Source of the DNA: Takakia lepidozioides
Lineage: Eukaryota; Plantae; Bryophyta
DNA: 64,000 nt
Direction: 5' to 3'
NCBI GenBank assembly: GCA_030704615.1
Contig: CM060731.1
Span: 76,074,001-76,138,000, forward strand
Part shown: positions 1-13,784 of the stretch, piece after piece
Layout of the letters: each line of letters begins with the position of its first letter
How positions within the stretch are numbered: position 1 is the first letter of the stretch
The notes under the pieces: model-generated
Database searches by the model: none
What the model was told of the DNA's origin: nothing
Seen by the model: the letters and a program-made list of their open reading frames with translations, nothing else
Position numbers and translations under genes: made by a program

Positions 1-47
1 ACTTGTGATAGTAGCTACAAGACAATCCTGAACAACTTGTCAAAGGT

Positions 48-3000
48 TCAGCTGCTTGCTTTTCCCTGCAAGTGCAAGTACACAGCCATCGATACAACCC
101 TGCCACTCTAATCTGGTTAGTTGCCATGAATGTAGTTGGAAGCTATGTTGTGCCTATCTTCTGCTCCACATGGAATCATTGCTTGTTGACTTTCAATGGT
201 AGGTCACACTTAAGGACTTGTGTTTGACAGCGACAGACTATTTAAAGCTTCCCAGTGAGTGTAAGCAATTTTTTCTCCTACACCAAGACCTGAGGGAGGG
301 TGGTTGGTCCTTTGGGGAGACGATTTAGGCATTCTGTACCATCAAGTAGCAGGATACATAGGCAATCAGGACAACTCTATTGGAAGTCAAGGACATTGAA
401 GTTCCTCCATTGCATATGGGGAACGATGATCTATATTGCACAGGGGTCCTTAGTGAGCCTTGCTGGTTCTTTCTTTATTCCTGTTCTCTTGAAAGAAAGG
501 CCTCAATTGCTTGACAGAACTTCGGTATAGGTGTATTGCATGATAACTTACAGGCAGCCGAGAACAAAAGGAAGAGTCCACTGGAAGTGAAACAACACCA
601 TTGACACCATTGCCGTGAGAAGCATTGCCACTGACGTTGAATAAACCTGTGAAGAAAACAGAGCACTGTACATTAGGCCATAGCTGGAGCAAGGAGTCCA
701 ATATCAGCTTGGAGGAGTGGAAAGGTGCATAGAAGATGGGGCTTTCATGAGGAAAGCCCACTAAGCATTCAGGCCCTAAACTACTCGGATGAAAGTGTCT
801 AGACAAGGATGTGACTGATGTCTTAAAAGAGATCCACAATCCAAACAGCAAGGGGCCGCAGCCTTGCACAAGCTCCAAGCTTGACTGAGGTTGAATGGGC
901 TTCGTTGTGTACCTTCACGATGTTGTCAGCATACTTCATCACCATGGAAACAACAATACCGCTGCCACCAGCATCCACATCCCGAATTCCAACTTGTTAG
1001 AAAGATATGCACATAAGCCCCTGAAAAGGGTCAAGTAGTACTAAGGAAAAAAGAACTGTCTTTTTTGTATTCACAAACTTTAAAGCCCTACTTGATTGTT
1101 AGGTGTGTTTTGTCTCAGGCTTTGGACACCAACCAAAGGCAGAAGCTCAACAGTATAGAAATCACGCCCTACTTAGGGAATGCTAAGTTTGTACATCACT
1201 CTGGGACCACACATATGAAGAATTTGGCCCAAGAGAGGAATACAAAAGTATGCCCACAATTGAAAGTACCAGAAATTAGTTCACAACTTCCCTCACAAGT
1301 GTGGTGAGTTGGACCACAAAGAAGGGCACAATGACTGTACCTTAATGCATGGTTCACAATCATGCATACAATGATGAATGAGAAGCCATGGAAGAATCCT
1401 CTGCCACCGCCATCCATACACACATAAACAAAGTTTAGGGATAAGCATGCATGCCACCTAAGCATCACAAAAAGGCTCTTACATAAATTTTGAGTTACCA
1501 TCTTCCCTTAGCTTGAACCTACTATGACAAAACTACATTGTATTTTTTGTAGAATAATCTTGATCCAAGGTTTGATCACTGAGGAAAGAAACGAAAGAAT
1601 GAAAGAAAAGGAAAGAAAAGCTACTGTATAAAAATAAAGAGACTTTCTAGCACCCACAGGAAGCTATGGGACACAAGGAAAGGAAAGGAAAGGAAAAAAC
1701 TTTATACAGAAAAGAATGGATGCAAGGGGCCCGCCCAAAAACAACTATTCAAGGAAATGACATGAAATGGTACTTCATAACATCCGCGGAAAGCTCAAAG
1801 AGCTTATGGGACAAAATGGAAAAAACAAGAGAAATGAAATGAAATGGAACAAAACCAGAGCCAAAAAACAGCCCAAAAGCAACTACTGCTGAAGGAAGAA
1901 TGCAACAGTGACTGGAGTAAGAATTGAAGAGCAGGTTAGGTACCATACAATTCTACTATCCTCTCATAGTCCTGAGTGCCCATGGCCACGAGGTTGAAAA
2001 TAATGCCAAAAACATACAGCCAGAAATTTTGTACATTGATGTTCCGTGATGGTCTTTTCTTGATAAGAACCTGCATTATTTGTAATTCACATCAGACAAC
2101 CTATAATTGCAAATTAAATTTGCAAAGACAAATGCACATTCCCTTCTTGCAAGACACCAGATGCTTTAACAGCAAAGCTTGTGTGCTCTCATGCAAAGGC
2201 AAGACCACATGGGGGAAAAGGAGGATCAATCTCCTGCATGCATTATCTAGATACACAGCTGCATTTCCTTTGGTCTACGAACAATGATTGGTCACCTGAG
2301 CCCAAGGGAGGATGCTAGCTTTCTCCTTGGGCTGAGGAGCATAAAGAGACAAGCACAGTCATGATGAATTGAGATTGGCAAGTCCATTTTCTTGGATGTG
2401 CTTTTGACTCAGTAAAAGTAACCCAGTTTCCATGGTTGTCAAGAAACTAAGGAAGCATTTTAGGAATCTTCACCTCCGTGTATACACCAGCAAGTCCACT
2501 CAAGAACGCCATCATCTGCAAAGAATCACAAACATCTTTAACTGGCTGGGAATTCCCAAGTAGTGTAATACAGTTTCCCACTAGAGTGGGGTGCTCAGTG
2601 CTTCATCAAGTTCCAGCAAACCAACTGGTTAGGATTTCTTCATATATTCCTAAGAGACTGACAGTGATGTAAGTCCAATATATATCCTGGGTTCCGATCT
2701 TTCTCGATACTCAACCAGCGCAGTGGTATCACCTATAATGGAATTCCACATTCTATTCAGTTGGCTTGATCAAAGGGCAGATTACTTCACAATGACGCTA
2801 TACACATGGACTTTTCTGCAGTGCTGACAAGTTTCCACTCAACAGAGTTTTGCTGGGCCATTCAGCAAGGCTTAGAAGGATCAGTGGCATACCCTAGCAA
2901 GGTTTTGCAAACGAGTTCCTCCTAAATTTTACGATCTGGATAGGTGTCCCAGTTTGGGAAAACTGCTTTCCACCACAAAGTGCGCATGGAAAATGCAAAG

Positions 3001-6000
3001 AAAGGCATTTACTTGACAGAATAACTTACTACGGCAATAATCCAGCCGTTGATGGGTGTCTGAAACACACTGTTCATTCTACACACATGGCAGAGAGGAT
3101 CCATATGTTAACACTACATAATCTATGTGTTGCTGAAGTTTGCTAGATATCAAGTTTACAATTTAGCTGCACCTGCAACTGCCAGTCAGCCCCAGAAGTC
3201 AGTAAACCCAATTACAAGGGAAACCTGTCATGGCGTCAAGCATGTATGAAGGATGCCAATACTTACGAAGGATTGAGTTGTGCGGTCATGCATCCAAGTG
3301 CTAGAAGCACAAAGGCAGCCCACTGTATCTGGGTCAATCTGCCACAGAAATAAAATGAAATGGTACTTGAGTAATGTCTGCCGAAAGCTCAAAGCGGTAA
3401 AACCAGGATCAGCTAATCCATCCTAAAGCACTGTCAACAGTGGCAGCAATAGAGTGAAAGTCAATATTCACCCTATAGGAAGTTGAGGAGTGGAATCCGT
3501 TATATCTCCAAATGAATGACAACTGAGGATTGATACTATTCCTTCATAAGCTACCATGAGCTTTCAGCCTTCACGAGCATGCGTGCACATGGGTCAAAAT
3601 GGTAGCCATTCTGTCCATGAACAGTCACCATATCTCAACACATCCAATGCCTGACAGGTTTTTCCTATTGCCTTTGAAATGCCTGTTACCTTCTTTTCAA
3701 GAAGAGCCAGAAAAGAATGCCGGTGGTGATGATATTCAGATTTTTAAGGATCTGGTAGGTTGGCGGGTCCACATACATGAAGATATAATACTGCAACAAT
3801 TTCACACAATGACGATTATGAATTGCCTTTGCACGGTGCTGAATTACCTGTTGTCACATAGATTCAAAAAACCCTGCCATCAACCTGGTTCAAATGGGCA
3901 GCACTCACTAGTCATGATTCATTGGCAGGCTTCAAGTCAACCCGAGCCCAAGATGTATGCCTATTTGTGCTGAAATGGCGTAGTCACAAATTACCCATTC
4001 CCCAAACAGCATTGAATCTGAACTAGGAGTTTTCTAGAGAGATACATTGGAAGATACTGTCGAACATTCTGTACCTGGAGTAAGTTTTTGATGAGATAAA
4101 GCGCAGCAGGGATAGGATAGACTTTGACTTCATCCCATGTTGTGGTCAGCCTGCAGTGACAATACCATAAACAAGCTACACAGTGTACTGAATGCAGCCA
4201 TGTGACAAATGACACTGAACTCATAATCTTTGCCTGCCTCGGAGAGATTCAAGTACAGAAATGTACAAAACATGAACAGAATTATAACAACTGTATGCAC
4301 CACTTATAAGGGTTTTTGGACAGACAACCTAGGGAAATGAGCGTGACTAAGTTGACAAGTGGTCCCTGAACAAACAAATGACAAACCCCAGAGATATCTT
4401 CCTATCTTGCAGTTCCCTGTCTCAGGCCCACGCGGTGGATGAGAGGAGTGGATTGTGATTCGCCTTACCATGGAATACCTCGATAAGCTGATAGAAACCT
4501 AGGATGACTAAGACTGACGTAGCCCCACAGATTACCCCATGTGTCAGTTACGTCAAGGCCCACCCCCAAGTTGCAAAGGAATGTGTGCAAATATGTCAGC
4601 ATACTTGTTATCCTCTGTGATGCCCTCTTTCCGCCATGTGTGGATCAGCAGCCCAACGGAGATCACACACTTGAGAATTTCCACCTGCATGGTTTGATAT
4701 TCATTTATCAAATTGCCAGAGGGATTGGATATAAGTGTAACAACTAAATAGGTCGTCATCTTCCCTCAAGGAAAGGGTACAATTATTGAACCTTGCCAAG
4801 ATTATCTGGAAACTCAGTCATCGTGATCATATAAAACCAGATTTTACTCCATCTCTAGATCAGATTAGTTACTCTTTGATCCACTAGTCTAGAACAATCT
4901 AAGCAGTTATGAGGGTACTTACCAGGCAGTTGGCAGTCGTCACAGTGTAAGGGTAGGACCCCATTTTCTTGGACCAAGCTATCAAAATGCCTTGTGAGCT
5001 TGTCAACACTATAAGGGCCATCGTAACTACCCATCTGCACACCAACAGTAACTACTTGGATGAGTCAGGGTCGAAATGAGATGACATGGTACTTTATAAC
5101 ATCTGCGGAAAGCTCAAAGACCTTATGGGACAAAAGGAAAACAAACAAGAAAGAGAAAAATTGCATGAGAGGGAAGATGCAATCTGTGTAGCTCAGATGC
5201 ATGATTCAGTGCAATGGTTGCATCTGAGGGAAGCTTGCATAAATTTCTACCAAGATGGCAGCTGACTACATTCCAGCCTGGTCAGTTTGGGCACCAAAGG
5301 GTAAGGAAACTTACTTGCGTCCCCATTTCAACAGCATGTCCTCTGGATTGCCCTTGCTCTTTAACAATATGGGTAGAGACACTGCGTCATAGAACTAGCC
5401 TCAATTAGACACCAAGGTGCATGTTCATGTTTCAGACCTACACTGTGTGTGTGTTTCCCTTTTATTCTTTCCTCGGACTCTTTCAACCTCCCGCAGCTGT
5501 GATATATTTCAAAGATGCCTTGCCACATATTTACACAAGGCTCTCCACACAAGGGGATAACCTGAGGTTGTAGTAGAAAGAACAAATAAAGACAAATTCA
5601 AAGTGATGAAAAGGAGCACTATATAGCACATCCCTGTTCTTCTCTGGCAGGCCTATTCACTAGAATCCCAACTGAAAACAAGAAGATGATGACTGTTTCA
5701 TAAAATCTACAGCACTGTCAAAACTTTGTACAAGAATGGTACTGACACCGGAATACCGCTGACAGAAAATGTTCTTCGTCATGGTCTCCTACTGACCACT
5801 GTCAAGGGGGCTACAAACCTGAAAGACTCACACATCGCTACATACCATGATCATCATCTCCAAGTGTTGTAAGGGGCCTCTCTTCATCCTTCATCCTCAA
5901 ATATTGCTGTACACATGACAAGCAAAGCAATCTGTTGACTGAAAAATCATGCACTCAGTTCATGACATCAACACAAGAGATCAAATCCAACAAGAGACCA

Positions 6001-6479
6001 ACCTCCATTGGAGAACGTGCCCTGTTTCTGGTACGATAGAAACAGCAGATGAAGCTACTACAATTTGTTCAACCGTACTCTGGCAGGTCTGCCAGTTTTG
6101 CTTCGCGATCTAGGGCTTTAACCTACATGAGTCTCGTTTTCAAGATATAGGAGTGTCCATGTCGCCTATGTTTGATGCATTGGTCTACCCATTGCGCTAC
6201 TTCTTCCACTTGTGCATTGTTGCCGGGTAAGGCCACTCTATCTCATATTCTGTACAAGGTCACTGAAATCAAGCCTCTTGATCATCGCTGTTTTTTAGCT
6301 CTTTCCGGGTCTTTCATGTGAAATCTCAGCGCTTCCTGCACCCCTAAATATCTCAAGGGACCATTGGTAACTATGACAGAGCCAAAATAAATAGACAAGA
6401 GTAGAAAGAGGATCTCATTCACCCAGGGACAGAGATATACCAACATCTCGTCTTTGTCCTTGAGCTTGCAGACCTCCAT
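48..6479 (-). CDS. CMP-sialic acid transporter-like nucleotide-sugar transporter (SLC35A family), ~15 exons
   Basis: Hand-spliced GT-AG exons (approximate): 6479-6441 MEVCKLKDKDEML; 5497-5443; 5381-5315 ..LKWGRK; 5034-4923 WVVTMALIVLTSSQGILIAWSKK..VTTANCL; 4684-4605 VEILKC..EGITEDNK; 4149-4074 LTTTWDEVKVYPIPAALYLIKNLLQ; 3791-3690 YYIFMYVDPPTYQILKNLNIITTG; 3339-3266; 3078-3030; 2516-2475 MMAFLSGLAGVYTE; 2070-1949 VLIKKRPSRNINVQNFWLYVFG; 1401-1341 GFFHGFS; 961-913 GIVVSMVMKYADNIVK; 646-552 VYSTSVAMLLTA; 99-48 VVSMAVYLHLQGKASS*. These motifs match plant CMP-sialic acid transporter-like proteins as I recall them. Confidence 0.92.
1750..1816 (-). repeat. Short dispersed intronic repeat resembling a LINE/SINE 3' end (stem-loop plus CATTT tail), copy 1
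   Basis: Minus strand reads TTTTGTCCCATAAGCTCTTTGAGCTTTCCGCGGATGTTATGAAGTACCATTTCATG. Related copies lie at ~3352-3395, ~5075-5137, ~54487-54530 (same orientation) and ~55131-55203 (opposite orientation). Confidence 0.7.
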
Positions 6480-7189
6480 GTCTTCAAGGAATATACTGAT
6501 AATGATGAAACGTTAAGTCCTACATCGTCTTCGCACAACAGCTTCTGTACACTCCAGATCCTCTTTGGCCATCTCTCTTGCTGAACTCGTTCTCTATAAA
6601 CCGAAATTTCAGCATCTTCTTTACCATCAATTGCTACTTTTTAAATGTTATGCAGAAGAGCATAACTAGCATTTGGAGTTGGAGCACGACAGTACACTGC
6701 ATTACTGGAGTTACAACTTCGAATGTAGATTGCGATCTCTACTGCAAGTCTCCTCTCAGGTATCCCTCCCCAACTCCAGCTACGGCAAATCAGCCGGTCG
6801 ACCCAGCGGCTGTAACCCGTGTCCTAAGTTAATCAGGAGGGTACGGAGACCAGGGTCCGGAAACAGGCGGTAAGCCCATCTCGTAACGGATGTTCCCGCC
6901 AACTTTCTAGCAGCTACATAGCTGCTTCGAATTTCCATGGAGGCGATTCTTGCTGCAGAAAAGCCTTCTTGTTCGATTTCAAGCAATGGAAAGGTGGGTG
7001 ATAACCCCCCTTTCGATACTGCGAGTTGCCTGTTATCCCAGGTGAGGGCATCGCGTGTGTTTTGGGTGGCCCTTCATTTTCTTTACGTTGCCAAAATCTT
7101 CCTGAAGAGATTCGCATAACTCGAGCAACGTAAGATACAGGGGCAGGAGGCAAATACCTCCTAGGTAGATGTTTTCTCATTCACTTTGA

Positions 7190-9100
7190 ATGGTACTTGT
7201 GCATACCCACTATGCATCTCCCATTGATGACATAACTCTGTACGATTTAGGGGGTGGTTGCAACTACTGTACTGAACTGCAGGAAGCGGAAGGGTGGTGT
7301 TGTAACCGTGCCCAACTAAAGAAGAGGAAGGGGATTTTACACAATCATATGTTTACAATGAAATGTGGAGCTGGGAGCGACAAAATCGTTGGCTACGCAG
7401 GTTACATGGACCTCATCAGTGATCTACGAGGTTTTGAAAATTTCCCGGAAAAGCTGGGGAGATTGTGCAAGAAAAAGTGCATGCATGCACTTTATAGTGT
7501 TTGTCCAGGGTGACATCTCAACAAGTTACGTAGTACCCGGAATTCTCCTTTACATCTCCCCAGGAATTCGGGGCTGACATGAATACATGTATAAAGTCTT
7601 TTGTAGCCCCACATATCCAGTTGAACATCCCCCTTGACAACAGGCTGCGCCTACAAGTAATAGAATTTCTCAAGTGACATTTGGTCTACAGCGCTGTCCA
7701 GAGCTGAGTCGAAAAGGTTAAGAGTTAGAAGCAATGGGCGGACAACTCGCAGTTCATCAAGTGTTAAGAAATGCCCATCAAATCAGAGTAGGTAGTGAAA
7801 GGACAGCAGAAAATTTCTTGGTAACTGTATGCTGCAAGTGTCTTCGTGTATAGCGTCATGTGTAGCACGTGGAGATTATCTTAATTCTTGTTGTGGGATT
7901 CGTTGCCTTTCCGATTGAAAACGCAAGCGACAGCTCCTTCTCTTTCAATCATCTCCACCACAAATGGCTGTGCATTGAACTGCTAGAAGACCACCCTGGC
8001 TGACTTCCAGTGAAAATGCAGGTGTCACTTCTTTAATGCAAAAGGGAGATTCATGCAACCAATTTCTGTGCTGATCTCAGTACCAGGCGGGCATGCTGCC
8101 ACGACGGGCAAGCTGGGAGAGAGCTACGCGTGTGCGGGTTCTTTCTAAACTTTAAAGTTCTAAGAGACAGCCATATTTTAAAAGTCAGGCTTGAGCTGGA
8201 AAAATCACCGCCCAGAGGATTCATGTCTGTTAAATTCGTGATATGGAAACTCTCTTGACTAGTGTGTTTTTGGGGTGTGGCATGGTAAAGAATCATGTGA
8301 TTTTGGGCTTGCGGGTCGTAGTAGAAGAATGCATGTAATGCTGTTTCAGTGGTAGGCCATCTCTTACTGCATTAAGTTAGAAGAGACACTGAAGTAAGCA
8401 TTGGCAAGCAGGGCATGCGGCTGAAGGTAAAACCCAAGAAGGTAGAAGACATCACTCCATAACTTCGACTTCTCACTGCGCTCAATTGTGCATTACTCTG
8501 AACTCTTACAGGTCAAGACGGGTAACAAAATACAACCTTGGGATTCGGGAACCCTTGGTATCCAAAGTTGGATATCCGACAGCAGTCGAGTGTACATAAT
8601 CAATTCAAGCACCCGACAACAGCCGTGACTAATCTCTGCAGAAAGCACGACAAACAGGAGGTGGACATTCGAGAACACCCTGTCTCACACGGCTTGCTCG
8701 GCAGCGCTGTCGCAAACTTTATCAGTCAGGAGGAGGGAGAACTCGGGATTGCAACAAGTCACAGTCTAAAACGTCACTAAACGTCAGTGAACTACAGAGA
8801 AGAAAGCAACTTTTGCACTACAACACAGCAAATTTCTTCTACACTTCAAGAACTGAATGTGACCCTTTCCCAAAGACTGCGTCTTCCACCATTCCTCGAA
8901 GGAGCAGCTTATCCATTTCCCTTTCTGTGAGAGAGCTCCAATCGGCATAAGCTGCTCTGCCTGGCAGAAGAGATGAGCTTACACAATCATACCTCAACAC
9001 AAAAGTTGAAGTGTGAAATGAGCTGAAATTTGGGGAGTGCATGCTGTCGGGTATGCTGCAGAACTGCCACAAAATTTCCCACGTTTATCGTGCCCTTCAA
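7190..9100 (+). pseudogene. Possible highly decayed leucine-rich-repeat (NLR-like) gene remnant
   Basis: Scattered LRR-like peptides in broken plus-strand frames: LRGFENFPEKLGRL (~7425), FLNFKVLRDSH..LEKSPP (~8145), LRLLTALNCALL (~8465), PKLDIRQ, SSTLQELNV..LRLPP (~8840). Many stops; no NB-ARC motif seen. Confidence 0.25.
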
Positions 9101-9156
9101 AAGCAGATCTATCCGTGGGTATTATGAGGTTCACTTTTTTGGACGCTTTGTGGTAG

Positions 9157-10078
9157 GGGGGTTGGTAGAACGTGAGCTCACATGAGCACAACCGGCGGTC
9201 ATGGGGGTTTTATGTTTTAAGAGGCTGTCACATGAGTTATATGTTTTCAAAACGGAATAAAACCATTGGCGGATATAGAGACACGTACATTTATAGAGTT
9301 TTTGTGCCTATTTTTGTCCCTGAACCCTGAACCTTAATACGAAATAGGCACCATAATGTATATGTTCACATATCTACTCCTTTGGTATCCTACAAAAGAA
9401 TAACACATTAGGGAAAACAAACCAACATCGTCTAAAACACACAAATATCAAACAAAAATTGAACAATTTAATATAACGAGGCAAACGGGTTTTGCTTGCG
9501 AAATAAATTAAGGTATCAAGTTTCATCCGTGAAATAAATCAAGGTATTGGGTTCGTCAACAAAATAAATCAAGATATCAGATTTCGCAAGTGAAATAAAT
9601 CAAGGTATTGGGTTTCGTCAGCGAAATTTCCAGGTATTGTTGCGTAGGTCATTATCCAATGGTTTCGTGGACGAAACAAAATGTATTGTGTTTGGTTTTG
9701 CATATAAAGGACGACATGAGAGTTTTATTTCGCTAACGAATTGTTATGTGCTCATTGCGGTAGATCATTACCCATGTTTTCGTGGGCGGAACAAAATGAA
9801 TTGTAGTTTCGCATATTAGTGATTACAACGAGCTACGTGCGTACAGGAAAATAGAATCGAGCACAAACCACGGAGATAGGGTAACGGGAGATGACACTAA
9901 TGGAAAATTCTCTATGCCTGATCTTCGCGTGACTTGTGCTCACGTGAGCAGACTTGTGTTCAAAATTCAAGTTTTAGTTTCATTTTTTATAATATTATTG
10001 AAATATATGTCGTATTCTCTTCTGCTCACGTGAGCAGACATATAGAGGGGTGAGCCTGCTCACGTGCTACCAAACCTC
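9157..10078. mobile_element. Non-autonomous TIR DNA transposon (~920 bp), copy 1
   Basis: Left end GGGTTGGTAGAACGTGAGC pairs with right end GCTCACGTGCTACCAAACCTC. Internal ~30-bp subrepeats (GAAATAAATCAAGGTATTGGGTTTCGTCA) at 9480-9640. Colinear with the copy at 20210-21092. Confidence 0.8.
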
Positions 10079-10089
10079 GTGCAGGAATG

Positions 10090-10806
10090 GGCAGTTGCAG
10101 GATAGGGTATCTCAGTTTGGACGTCATCGGGCAATTTTTGTAGTGATTGTGCTTTATGTTATCTTTTTTTTTGTTCACAATAGTTCATCTTTATTATAAA
10201 GGACATTGATACCTATATAACGTAACAATGTTTTTGCAAATTGGATGAACTATAAGATTGCTATGGACTTTTGAATCTCAAAACATTGTCATCGGCACAG
10301 TTTTATGTGCTATGGACTCTAAAAAATATATCTAATGTAACCAATTGTGATAAGGACAAAAAGCCATGTATAGAAATTGTGCAATGTTTCAATAGGTGAA
10401 AGTAGTTTGAAAATCTATCAAATTTTTACCCAAGCTATCGACTTTTTTATACACCAGGTATTTTCATTAGTCCATAGCATATTGTCTTTTGGGTTTTTGG
10501 GATATCATCTTTTACTAATAAATATACAAACATATAATCTAGGATGGCCAGGTAATATATGGACAAATGGTCATACGCTCTAAAATTTGACTCCTAAAAG
10601 TTTTTTCTAATTAAATATTAAAATATTAAAATAAAAAATATTTATAATATTTGGGGTTAGACCCTTTACTAAAGATGTTAGGTATACTATTGTCTATCTT
10701 TATAAGAATCAAACTGAGAAAATATGCTCCAAAAAAAAAATTAAAAAATGGATTTTCATGGACATTACTATCTGCCAAAAGTTAGACACCATATCCTGCA
10801 ACTACC
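10090..10806. mobile_element. MITE with ~30-bp TIRs and AT-rich interior
   Basis: GGCAGTTGCAGGATAGGGTATCT at 10090 matches the reverse complement of AGACACCATATCCTGCAACTACC ending at 10806. No clear TSD. Confidence 0.65.
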
Positions 10807-12199
10807 AAATGCCATTTGGTGAGCAAGCTCATGTGAGCCTACATCAAAACATGATTTGTGGTGTTTGAGCTGAAAAAAGATTCAAGAATAGTAAAAAATA
10901 GCTTGTAACCGTGGATGGTAACTGTATGACCTTATTTCCGAGTATATAGAAAAACAGACAAAACCCATTGGGAGAAGGTGTGATGTGAAAAATTGGCTCA
11001 TAAATCCTACCCATGATTTAGTGTTCATGATCAGAGGTTCTTATACGATCTTGCCTATGCTACAACGGAAAGAAGAAAACACAGACATGATTCTTAGTGA
11101 TACCATTTCGTGATGTAAAGTCTTCACTCATGATTGCATACTACAAATTCGTCCTGGAACATTCTTCAGAAGAACCACCCAGGAAAAAGACTGCCTATGG
11201 TTAGTCATCAGATGCAAACACCACATGGATATCCTCCATCACCTTCTTGACTTCCTTCAGATGGTGGATGTCTATCCGGCCTAAAGTTCGTGACCTCACT
11301 GCCTCTCCCCAACCCCAACTTTTTTCTCTCACTATGAGCAGGGACCAAATACTCTAGATTATGCTTCTATGACTTATGTCACTGGAGGATTCATCCTTAG
11401 AGAAAGGCAAGGTCGCACAATAAGGAGACTCAAAGCTGTATAATCATTACAGAGAAATAATACTAAGATGTCGTACTGTATTGTGCAATGCAAAGTGAAA
11501 GAATGGTTCAGAGGTGACACGTAATTCCTAGAGCTAAGAAAACCAGATCCAAACCACAAATCATACATTCATAAATGGATCATAGTGAGAATCGGTGGAG
11601 AGTCAGTTATCCATGTGTCGATATACTCCAGGTAAGATTAACCCCAAAGAAGGTGAATAGCCGAGTCAGACATAGTCTCTTCTGGAATCAACTTGAGCAC
11701 CACCCCTCCCTTTCTTCTTTCTTCTCAGTTTACTTTCTCTTTCATCTTCTACCAGCCAAAAAGCCCTTACTTACTCTATATTTTTGGCTTAAATCCCCAT
11801 TGACATCTCTTCATTCCCTTCGTATATTATCATTCCCCCTGTCATAACATCTGGCCACACTGCGTTAAAACTGTGTCAGCTCCCATGGCGAGAGCTTCCA
11901 CCATTATTGTGGTCAAAATCTTAAACTTTAGCCGTCTTACTTCTATGCTCAAAGTGGTGTTACTGAGAGACAACCATGTCCAGCTCGTATCCAAGAGTAC
12001 TCTCGAGCCTGCTTGACTTCAGCCCGCCGCCTGCATAAGCCCCGAGATTCTAGGGCAAAATAGATTGATGCTACATAATTGCTGTACCCCACGGATTCCA
12101 TCCAACAACTTTGAAACAAAATCTTTTGGCAAGACAATATCACCTCATGAATTGACACTACAACGGAAAACTATAGCAAATAATTCGTGGATGTAAAAC

Positions 12200-12530
12200 G
12201 ACAGGAAAGAATTTGGGTTGCTGCAACAGAAATGTGTTGACGCACACTTATTTTCCAATCCTTGTCAAAACCGATTTTTTTTATTTTTCTATTTTTTAAC
12301 GCGTGACACTAGCTTTGTAGCAGCCCAATGGGACGCATAGTTATTTTCCAGCCGCCATAAAAACCAGAGGAAAGAAACAAAAACCAAAACGGTTTTTTTT
12401 TTTTTTTTTTTTCCCCCTCCGTTGGGCTGTTGCAAAGCAAGTGTGCGTTAACACACATTTGTTTTCCAGATCCCGTCAAAACCAGATTTTAAGGGAAAAA
12501 AACACACACACAATTCGGGCTATTGCAACG
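12200..12530. repeat. Three imperfect ~110-bp tandem units
   Basis: A motif like (T/G)TTTTCCA..(C/T)GTCAAAACC(A)GA recurs at ~12250, ~12340 and ~12460, each followed by A/T tracts. Confidence 0.5.
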
Positions 12531-12569
12531 CATACTTGACTCCGGAAAGTTAGGGAGCATTGGTCAAAC

Positions 12570-12720
12570 ATTGTTGACCATGATGACAGGGATGGTTTTT
12601 ATGACTAGTGTGATATGTTTGACTACACATGGACGACGTTTCATGGAATCTTATGACTCCATGACTGAAGATGGTTTCACAGCTCTATTTATACGACTAT
12701 ATCACTACACGTGTCATTTT
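12570..12720 (+). mobile_element. CACTA-type subterminal repeat array (left-arm remnant, terminus not found)
   Basis: Dense ATGACT/ACGACT motifs. GATGGTTTCACAGCTCTATTTATACGACTATATCACTAC aligns with the reverse complement of ~19643-19690. Confidence 0.5.
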
Positions 12721-12871
12721 GAAGGCACATATAATGCAAATAAGGTTGCCCATTAGGTTTAAAAAAGTTAAAAAGTTGCTAATAAGGTTGCCCATTAGGG
12801 TAATCGTGAACAGAAAGGAGGCTGGGACTTGGCGTTTTTTTGTCTCCTGCGCCACACCACATAGCCGAGGG

Positions 12872-12940
12872 ATGGAACGCGATGATAGCAGGATATGCAG
12901 GGGCGTGGGATGGAGGCGCTGAGCAAATGATGCACGAAGG
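12872..12940 (+). pseudogene. Isolated PPR P1-motif fragment
   Basis: TGGAACGCGATGATAGCAGGATATGCA..GGGCGTGGGATGGAGGCG..GAGCAAATGATGCACGAAGG encodes WNAMIAGYA..GRGMEA..EQMMHEG with deletions. Confidence 0.65.
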
Positions 12941-13784
12941 AGAAGAGGAGGAGGAGACGAGACGAGAAGAAATGAGTTCGCCATTCTTGGGAGAGTCAGC
13001 TTGGTCTTAGTAGGCGTGTTTCACTGACTACTCAGCTACGCCGTAGTGGTTCGATCTCATAGACCAATCCGTCATTACCTGACTACAGACACAAGCAGCA
13101 CACACAAGAGGTCATTTTAGGTTGATGGTCGGTCAAATCCTCCATGGGTCAGGACAGGTCAAGGACAATGTGGTAGGGCACCTTCTTCTTCAACCTATTT
13201 CAGCCTGTGTTGCCCTCTCATCAGACTCGGCCGCAAGATGCATATTGAATTCTGTAAGTTAGGTCGTTGGGTAGATCTGTGGTGGTTTGGAGTGACTTTG
13301 GCAAGTTATTGCCAGTGTGGCAGCAGGGAAGTATCCAAAAACATATAATAGAGGGGAGGAGAAGCTTTGGGGTGAACACTTTCCGACCCCAGTCAATGGT
13401 GGGACAATGGAGACAAAAAGGCGAATGCCTGTTGGACTACAGAGAGAAGCAGATGCATTTCAGATTGTGATAAATAGGGTTGGGGTGTTTTGGGGAAGAA
13501 CTCCACACCAGTATGGTTGGGGTGTTTGCTGGTAGAATTCTAGGCTGTCAGAGGCATGGATAGCTGAAAGAGCAGGGATAGAGTGTGGGTCCAGATTCAT
13601 CCAAGAGGGCTGGATTTCAAGCTCCACATTACCTATGATTCCCTGTGGAAGGATAGCTACAAGAAACCTACATGGGTAGATGGTCAACTGGAAGCGGCAG
13701 TAGCAGCGGCACAATTGATAAGGTCAGGCACTTCTACTGAAGGCACCTCCTTCAGCACATTTCACCATGTTTTTCCCTCTTATC

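Noticed and set aside
9480-9640. ~30-bp periodic repeats resembling a CRISPR array
   Set aside because: They are degenerate tandem units without unique spacers, lie inside a TIR element in a eukaryotic context, and have no cas genes nearby.
10850-12150. Coding-like stretch, possibly a TE protein relic
   Set aside because: I could not recognise a motif in the frames I translated, so no call is supportable.
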